In this document: piece after piece, positions 58,614-64,000 of the stretch
Position numbering within the stretch: position 1 is the first letter of the stretch
Layout: the number at the start of each line of letters is the position of its first letter
DNA from: Saprospiraceae bacterium
GTDB taxonomy: Bacteria; Bacteroidota; Bacteroidia; Chitinophagales; Saprospiraceae
Reading direction: 5' to 3'
DNA: 64,000 bases
Assembly: GCA_018057925.1 (NCBI GenBank)
Contig: JAGPCT010000005.1
Coordinates: 777 to 64,776 of the forward strand
Notes under the pieces: generated by a model
Told to the model about the DNA's origin: nothing
Seen by the model: the letters and a program-made list of their open reading frames with translations, nothing else
Database searches by the model: none
Translations under genes and position numbers: made by a program

Positions 58614-61600
58614 AATAACTTAAAATCAAACTTTTTTGGAAATGTAATGATGACCCGGGTACCAAAACGAATACCCTGTTCATTCATAAAAATGTCGTCT
58701 TCATATCTGTGACTAATCGGTAAGATATTGAATTTATTATAAATCTGCTCTATATCCCTGATCATTTGTGTTCCATATTGAGTGCCGAGTGATTTGATTT
58801 CTCTGGATTTTGCCCGACCTACGCCCGTATCTTCTATTCTGACGACTACTCTATCAAGTTCGTGTTCCACGCTGATTTTTACCCAACCGGCTCCATCCCG
58901 ATTGTTGCGTATCCCGTGCTCTATTGCATTCTCGGTATGAATCTGAATCGACATGATAGGGACATATACATCATCCAATTTATCAACTTCCTCATTCGTA
59001 GGTAGGATATATTTTAATCGCTCACCGAACCTGCATTTTTGTAAGAAGAGATAATTCTCAGTAAATCGCAGCTCTTCACAGAGGCTATTATGGACTATTC
59101 CATCCCTGCTATTACGAAGCACAGTCCTGAAATTTTTTGACAATTTATCCAATGCCTCGATGGCTACCGGGTCATTGCCCACACGTAATTGTAACCAATT
59201 CAAAGTGTTATTGACGAAATGCGGGTTGAGTTGATTCGTTATCGCATGTAATTTCAGGATATCATTCCTTCTATTTAATCTATTTAGATCCAATTCATTT
59301 TCATTGAGCATCATTCTCTGACGAAATAATATCCGCTGACGAGAGTACAGATAAAGTCCCAAACCTAAGAAAGGAATAAATATTGCTGCCCAGAAGCGCC
59401 AGTCATTTGCCAATGGGGGTCGGTTATAAAACGAGATTGTTTTTATCTCGGATAAATAACCATTTTTATCTGTTCTTAATTTGAAAGTATAGTTGCCGGC
59501 TTCCAAATTTTGAATATGTATAAAACGCTCATCAACAGGCTTACTCCATGCATTATCATTCAATTTATAGCGGTACAAAATATTTTGACCTAAGTCCGGA
59601 TCGATACCATGACTGAAATAAATAGTGAGGGTATTTTCATTTGATTTTAAGAAAAAAGGAACCAACAATGCATTACCGGCAATCACTCGATTACCTATCA
59701 AAACACTGTCGATAAAGGCTTCTTCAGGAGAAATATCCAATTTGTATTTATTACTGAGATGACAGACTACTCCATTGGAAGTAATCATCCATATATTTCC
59801 ATTTTCATCCAAACTACACCCATTTTGGTGAATCCTTCCACCGGGATAATTTTTATTTGAAGTGGTAAATATTCCTTTGAAACGAATCGCCCCATCGTAT
59901 TTATAATACTGGTTTATATCCAACAAATAATATCCTATATCAGTACCTAAAAACAAGGTGGAAGAATCAATCATCTTCATGGCAGATATTGCACGATTAC
60001 CCAAAATTTCTTTGGATATTGGGCGCAAGTGTTTCGCTAATGAGAAACCAGGCCGGATATCTCGTATCATTTTGAAATAATATAAACCCAGGTTATCCGC
60101 GATCCATAGATTTCCGCGCATATCCTGCTCCATTGTCATACCTCCTATATTTTCCGGGTTATCCTGAATCAGCCAGTTGATCACTTTCTCTTGCAGACTA
60201 TCATACAGAGCTATACCCATACTGGGCCTGGTCATCCAGTATCTACCATATTTATCCTGTAGAGCAGAAAGCACATTTTGTAACTGAAGTCCACGGGAAG
60301 CATCAATTTTAAAAGCGACCCCTTCATCTCGTAGATCATCTTCACTTTTATACACATATAATCCATCTCCTAAAGTACCACGCATCAAGCGACCACTACG
60401 GTCGTAATTCCAGAAAAGACCCGGGGCTGAGACAGCAGTGGTATGTGCTGTTCCATCTTCTTTGATGGCTACTGTGAAATGTTGATTTAGGTATGATGCA
60501 TAATTAAATAATAATGTGTTGGCACGGGTCTTAATCGAACCATCAAAATATTGCCCATACTTAATTTTAGGTATGCCTACAGGTGCTTCAATATAATTAA
60601 AACCATTGAAACCCTTGAGTCCCTGAACAGACGACCCCAACCAAACCATTCCATTGTGAGCTACACCCACTGACCAAAACTGATTAAAGTTGCTTTTACT
60701 AGCAATGAAATATTGTTCATTTAAAATTCGCTGTATTTTACCTTCCGACGAAACCCAATAGTCACCTCCTTTATCTTTAGTAATTGAAAAAGGCTGCTCC
60801 GTAGAAGAATAATGTAACTGATTGACGAGCTGCATTGTATTCAGACGATATTCCTGTATGATATACTGACCGGATGTAGGGCTACTTCGTAATAAAATGA
60901 GTGATGAATCAACAATACTAGATGCTCTGTAATTAGTAGTAGAAATTGGCAGGCAACTTACTTCCCCACTAAAATTCCGCACATACACCTGACTGAGATC
61001 CAAAATCCGATTATCAGTATGAGAATGATAGATAATCTTCCCATTATCTTTAAATTCTAAACATTGCCTATCATTGATAGCTTGAATTCGGGACTTTTCC
61101 GGAAATGTAAATTCAATCTGGACTTCATTCTTTTCATTTAGAAATGCAGTATATACCTTAGATTCAGTATTAATTACCAATGTGTTGCCTCTGATTCCTG
61201 TCCTCATCCAAGTGATATTTTTTATTTCTTCAGGAATAACTTTTTTACCGCTATTTATAAGTAAAAATCGACTTACACCCGGATCATAGCGATAAACCTT
61301 CTTTGCAGTAATATCTATAATATGAGGAATATTGGCTCTCATAGTAAAAAGCATTAAATGGTTACTGTTCATCCCCGGTATAGAGAAAGTCAATATTTTG
61401 TTGTTTTTAATGCAGACAAAATTGCAGGTTATTTCATCATCGTGTAGCACCCAAATATCCTTCCACCTATCCTCAAAAAATACACCACCCCTACCTTTTA
61501 AAATATCTGACGAAAAAAAACAATGCCATTCCTGACTATCAAACATATTCAAATAAGGTCCGGCAGAGGAAACCCAAATGCGCCCTCTATTGTCTCTAAA

Positions 61601-61816
61601 TATCATGGAGAAAGATTGACCACAAAGCCCGTCTTCCGGTGTGTATTGAATCGCAGTATGGTTCTGGGCATAGCTTGGTAACAATAATAAAGAGGAGAAC
61701 AATAGAATAAAAAACAAAATTAAAGCTACTCTATTGCCAAACAAATTTATAAATCGTGTTAAAAGTGAATAAGCATTCATACACAATGAATTCATGACTA
61801 ACCCAAGATCAGTCAC
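58610..61816 (-). CDS. sensor histidine kinase with periplasmic beta-propeller/Y_Y_Y domains and LytS-type kinase core
   Basis: 1068 aa. Repeated propeller-like segments (...W.GT..GL...), a transmembrane helix near residue 800, NPHFVNNTLNWL (LytS/YehU-type H-box) and an ATPase domain. The track start is GTG; ATGs at 61795 or 61780 are alternatives. Confidence 0.88.
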   Translation of the reverse strand: MTDLGLVMNSLCMNAYSLLTRFINLFGNRVALILFFILLFSSLLLLPSYAQNHTAIQYTPEDGLCGQSFSMIFRDNRGRIWVSSAGPYLNMFDSQEWHCFFSSDILKGRGGVFFEDRWKDIWVLHDDEITCNFVCIKNNKILTFSIPGMNSNHLMLFTMRANIPHIIDITAKKVYRYDPGVSRFLLINSGKKVIPEEIKNITWMRTGIRGNTLVINTESKVYTAFLNEKNEVQIEFTFPEKSRIQAINDRQCLEFKDNGKIIYHSHTDNRILDLSQVYVRNFSGEVSCLPISTTNYRASSIVDSSLILLRSSPTSGQYIIQEYRLNTMQLVNQLHYSSTEQPFSITKDKGGDYWVSSEGKIQRILNEQYFIASKSNFNQFWSVGVAHNGMVWLGSSVQGLKGFNGFNYIEAPVGIPKIKYGQYFDGSIKTRANTLLFNYASYLNQHFTVAIKEDGTAHTTAVSAPGLFWNYDRSGRLMRGTLGDGLYVYKSEDDLRDEGVAFKIDASRGLQLQNVLSALQDKYGRYWMTRPSMGIALYDSLQEKVINWLIQDNPENIGGMTMEQDMRGNLWIADNLGLYYFKMIRDIRPGFSLAKHLRPISKEILGNRAISAMKMIDSSTLFLGTDIGYYLLDINQYYKYDGAIRFKGIFTTSNKNYPGGRIHQNGCSLDENGNIWMITSNGVVCHLSNKYKLDISPEEAFIDSVLIGNRVIAGNALLVPFFLKSNENTLTIYFSHGIDPDLGQNILYRYKLNDNAWSKPVDERFIHIQNLEAGNYTFKLRTDKNGYLSEIKTISFYNRPPLANDWRFWAAIFIPFLGLGLYLYSRQRILFRQRMMLNENELDLNRLNRRNDILKLHAITNQLNPHFVNNTLNWLQLRVGNDPVAIEALDKLSKNFRTVLRNSRDGIVHNSLCEELRFTENYLFLQKCRFGERLKYILPTNEEVDKLDDVYVPIMSIQIHTENAIEHGIRNNRDGAGWVKISVEHELDRVVVRIEDTGVGRAKSREIKSLGTQYGTQMIRDIEQIYNKFNILPISHRYEDDIFMNEQGIRFGTRVIITFPKKFDFKLL

Positions 61817-61825
61817 CTATCCAAA

Positions 61826-61833
61826 CAAAATTA
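61826..61833 (-). promoter_or_regulatory. candidate -7 promoter box (TAATTTTG on minus strand)
   Basis: TAnnTTTG match just upstream of the kinase gene starts. Confidence 0.2.
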
Positions 61834-61898
61834 AAAATTTTATTGATTCTAACGTGCTAAGATTCCTTAAAAACTGAATTTTCTTAGTAATATAATCT

Positions 61899-61935
61899 AA
61901 ACTCAAATTCCGTAATTGACAAATACGGAATGTGG
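61899..61935 (+). repeat. solo anchored hairpin (perfect 8-bp stem)
   Basis: aaactcaaattcc anchor. attccgta (61907-61914) pairs with tacggaat (61924-61931). Confidence 0.55.
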
Positions 61936-62003
61936 GATAAGTCGCAGATTTATTCCTTAATCATGGTTTCATTAGGCACAAAATGGTATTTTGAATAAAA
62001 AAC

Positions 62004-62187
62004 AAAAAGGAGAGATTTTACCCAAATTCCACATTAGACAAATGCGGAATCGATTTACGACTCGTAATCAATGGTTTACAGAAACCATTGAAACGATTCG
62101 TACATCGGGATTAACCCTCATAATCAGCACTATACGGTTTTTCAAAACCTTTACTGCTGAATTCGGGTGTAACAAACTCTCCTTTTT
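62004..62187 (-). terminator. terminator-like stem split by a repeat insertion
   Basis: aaaaaggagag (62004-62014) and ctctccttttt (62177-62187) are perfect reverse complements separated by 162 nt containing family B copy 4. On the minus strand the 3' arm is followed by gttttttatt. Confidence 0.4.
62019..62167 (+). repeat. family B repeat, copy 4 (expanded composite)
   Basis: Anchor hairpin (attccaca...tgcggaat), cgatttacgactcgtaatca, an extra hairpin aatggtttacagaaaccatt, then the 57-nt module shared with 38326-38382. Confidence 0.65.
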
Positions 62188-62317
62188 GCATTTACATCAA
62201 ACAGGAATCTCTTATACGAAACTGATTTTTATTTTAGCCCAATACTATCTCGTATAATACCGATGCGATAGCCGTTTAGACCAATTTAGTTGGTCTATTA
62301 CGGATATCCTTTCGGTA

Positions 62318-63367
62318 TTACTTAATTTTTACAAATTTTTTCTCATTGACAGAAACATCATCTACCAATCGTAAAAAATATACTCCAGAACTCAAAGATT
62401 CAATATTTACTTTGTTTACTTCTTGAGTGTATAAATTTAATGATTTAACCCATTTCCCTTGGCTATCCAATATTTCTACCGACTTTAATTCTCTCCCCTC
62501 AAAACCACTCAATTTAACATTTACCATATCATTCGCAGGAATTGGATAGATATCCAAAGATATTTCCTTTTTGCAAGAAGTTTTAAGGACTTTCACATCA
62601 GAATATGAAAAACTACCATCGCCATCTAATAATTTCAGCCGATAATACTTATAACTGGAAGATTTATCACTATCTGTCACAAAGGAATACTCAGCACCAT
62701 CTATACTATTCTTGCTTGATATGAATGACAACGACTCAAAAGCCTTGCCATCAACAGAATATTCTACATCAAAGCCTTTGCTTTTTATTTCAGATTCAGT
62801 CTTCCAAATAAAATGTACCTGACAATCCTTCTCAAAAACATTAAATGAAGCTAAGCTTATGGGTAATGGACCGGCAACTATAACGGTTGTGGTTGCGTAA
62901 TTATTTCTATAATCGTCTCCATCGGTTTGAAAACCAATTCCACACGGATCACCTTGAAATCCACCCCAAGCTAAATTCAAAACAATAGTACCCGGACCCC
63001 CATTTACATTTTTTGCTTTAACATTAAAATCGATGAAGACACTTTCTCCGGGATCAATGTCTCCATCCGTACCATTAGAAATAACAATCGATTTACCGTC
63101 ATTGCTACATAATAACCAACCCGGTGGCAAATTAACACCAGTAATTATTAATAGACCACTAGGTACATCCAATTTCGGTTTAATCTTGTTAATTGGTATG
63201 GGTATTTCAGGAATACCATTATTATCCACTTTAAGTGTAATAATTCCGCTCTGATTTGGTGCCAAGATTGGTGGATTAATGGATATTGAAACACCAACAT
63301 CTTGAGCTATACAAATACTACTGAGTAAACTTAAGCAAAATAATAAGCCTATATTCATTTTTTTCAT
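62318..63367 (-). CDS. T9SS-sorted cell-surface protein (Ig-like/DUF11-like N-domain)
   Basis: Signal peptide MKKMNIGLLFCLSLLSSICIAQ. The C-terminal ~80 aa (...IYPIPANDMVNVKL...SGVYFLRLV...KFVKIK) look like a T9SS sorting domain. Confidence 0.8.
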   Translation of the reverse strand: MKKMNIGLLFCLSLLSSICIAQDVGVSISINPPILAPNQSGIITLKVDNNGIPEIPIPINKIKPKLDVPSGLLIITGVNLPPGWLLCSNDGKSIVISNGTDGDIDPGESVFIDFNVKAKNVNGGPGTIVLNLAWGGFQGDPCGIGFQTDGDDYRNNYATTTVIVAGPLPISLASFNVFEKDCQVHFIWKTESEIKSKGFDVEYSVDGKAFESLSFISSKNSIDGAEYSFVTDSDKSSSYKYYRLKLLDGDGSFSYSDVKVLKTSCKKEISLDIYPIPANDMVNVKLSGFEGRELKSVEILDSQGKWVKSLNLYTQEVNKVNIESLSSGVYFLRLVDDVSVNEKKFVKIK

Positions 63368-63391
63368 ATTACTTGAAATTTATACATTTAT

Positions 63392-64000
63392 TTAATTGGA
63401 TGTCAAAAGATAAATTAATCTATTATTCGATGCGTTAGCTTCTCCTCCTGAATTCGGAAGAATGGATATGGTCATTGGGTATAAGGTATTAGCCGGCGTA
63501 CCAGGATTAACCTTTACATGAAGGCCTATGGATGCTAAACTGAAAGCATCAATATTTGTCCCCGGAAGAGACTCAATAAAAATAAAGCCCGCATTCTCTC
63601 TGAATGTCCAATTGCCATTCTCATTAACTCTCGGTGTAGATCCTATCATGGTTGTACCTGAAATTCCAACCTGCGGCGTACCCGACAGGGTTAATCCCGG
63701 AACAGAAACTGTATAGCTAAGAGACTTAGAAATTCGTATGGTCATAGTTTGAACTGAAGACCAGGCCTTATCCCCAAAAATTTCAAAAATATCTAGCATA
63801 AAATCACGCTCTTCGTTAGGATCAAATGACGAACTATATAAATCAACTGAAGGAGTCAAATCTGGTGTCCCTAATGCTAGTACAGTTATTGTCGCTGTAT
63901 TAGAAGATGAATACACATTGGAACATCCATTCGCATCCGTAACACTCAACAATTCATAGGTAAAGACACCTGGCACAGCAGTACTTTGCGAAACATCTAC
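63392..64000 (-). CDS. C-terminal part of a large surface/adhesin-like protein (continues beyond window)
   Basis: The frame stays open from 63976 to nt 64000 (VDVSQSTAVPGVFTYELLSVTDANGC...), so the GTG in the track is probably internal. The repeat-domain style sequence is typical of Bacteroidota adhesins. Confidence 0.6.
   Translation of the reverse strand, partial: VDVSQSTAVPGVFTYELLSVTDANGCSNVYSSSNTATITVLALGTPDLTPSVDLYSSSFDPNEERDFMLDIFEIFGDKAWSSVQTMTIRISKSLSYTVSVPGLTLSGTPQVGISGTTMIGSTPRVNENGNWTFRENAGFIFIESLPGTNIDAFSLASIGLHVKVNPGTPANTLYPMTISILPNSGGEANASNNRLIYLLTSN

Noticed and set aside
61991-62257. 88-aa plus-strand ORF.
   Set aside because: It runs straight through family B repeat copy 4 and the split terminator arms. 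The same repeat is non-coding and in other frames at the other loci.
1-64000. Window-wide scan for tRNA, rRNA, CRISPR arrays, integrase or transposase genes, toxin-antitoxin pairs, restriction-modification or other known defence gene signatures.
   Set aside because: I found no T-loop/acceptor-like sequences, no tandem repeat-spacer arrays, and no ORFs with transposase, integrase, nuclease-helicase or methyltransferase motifs. Every large ORF is accounted for by housekeeping, envelope or regulatory functions.

Overview
AT-rich chromosomal segment, most likely from a Bacteroidota bacterium. This is inferred from type IX secretion C-terminal sorting domains, recurring TAnnTTTG promoter-like boxes, Bacteroidota-style gene order and a zinc-free L36. 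Most of the window is core housekeeping. It holds a complete S10-spc-alpha ribosomal supercluster on the minus strand (rpsJ to rplQ, 6225-21757; 30 genes including secY, map, infA, rpmJ and rpoA). Other core genes are dcp, pyrR-pyrB, cbpA-cbpM, an aminotransferase, skp/ompH, uvrB, lepA, tig-clpP-clpX-truA, rimO, nth, an amidase and an LptD-like outer membrane protein. Accessory-looking parts are an AraC-type regulator, a BlaI/BlaR1-like pair, a GNAT-like gene, a small T9SS-cargo operon, and a LytTR/propeller-kinase two-component pair next to T9SS surface proteins. I found no rRNA, tRNA, CRISPR array, transposase or integrase gene, or recognisable defence system. I therefore cannot point to a clear new multi-gene system. 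The signals not explained by gene calls are all non-coding or small. (1) A superfamily of intergenic hairpin and MITE-like repeats shares the anchor AACCCRAATTCC; stems covary and G-U wobbles are strand-specific, and one copy sits inside a split terminator. (2) An orphan small-gene-like cassette (28451-28829) has a promoter box, a hairpin covering the start codon, a 33-codon hydrophobic ORF carrying a (TG)7 tract, and a terminator. (3) Trigger factor carries a 35-residue His/Asp repeat tail. All functional readings of these are inference from sequence inspection only.
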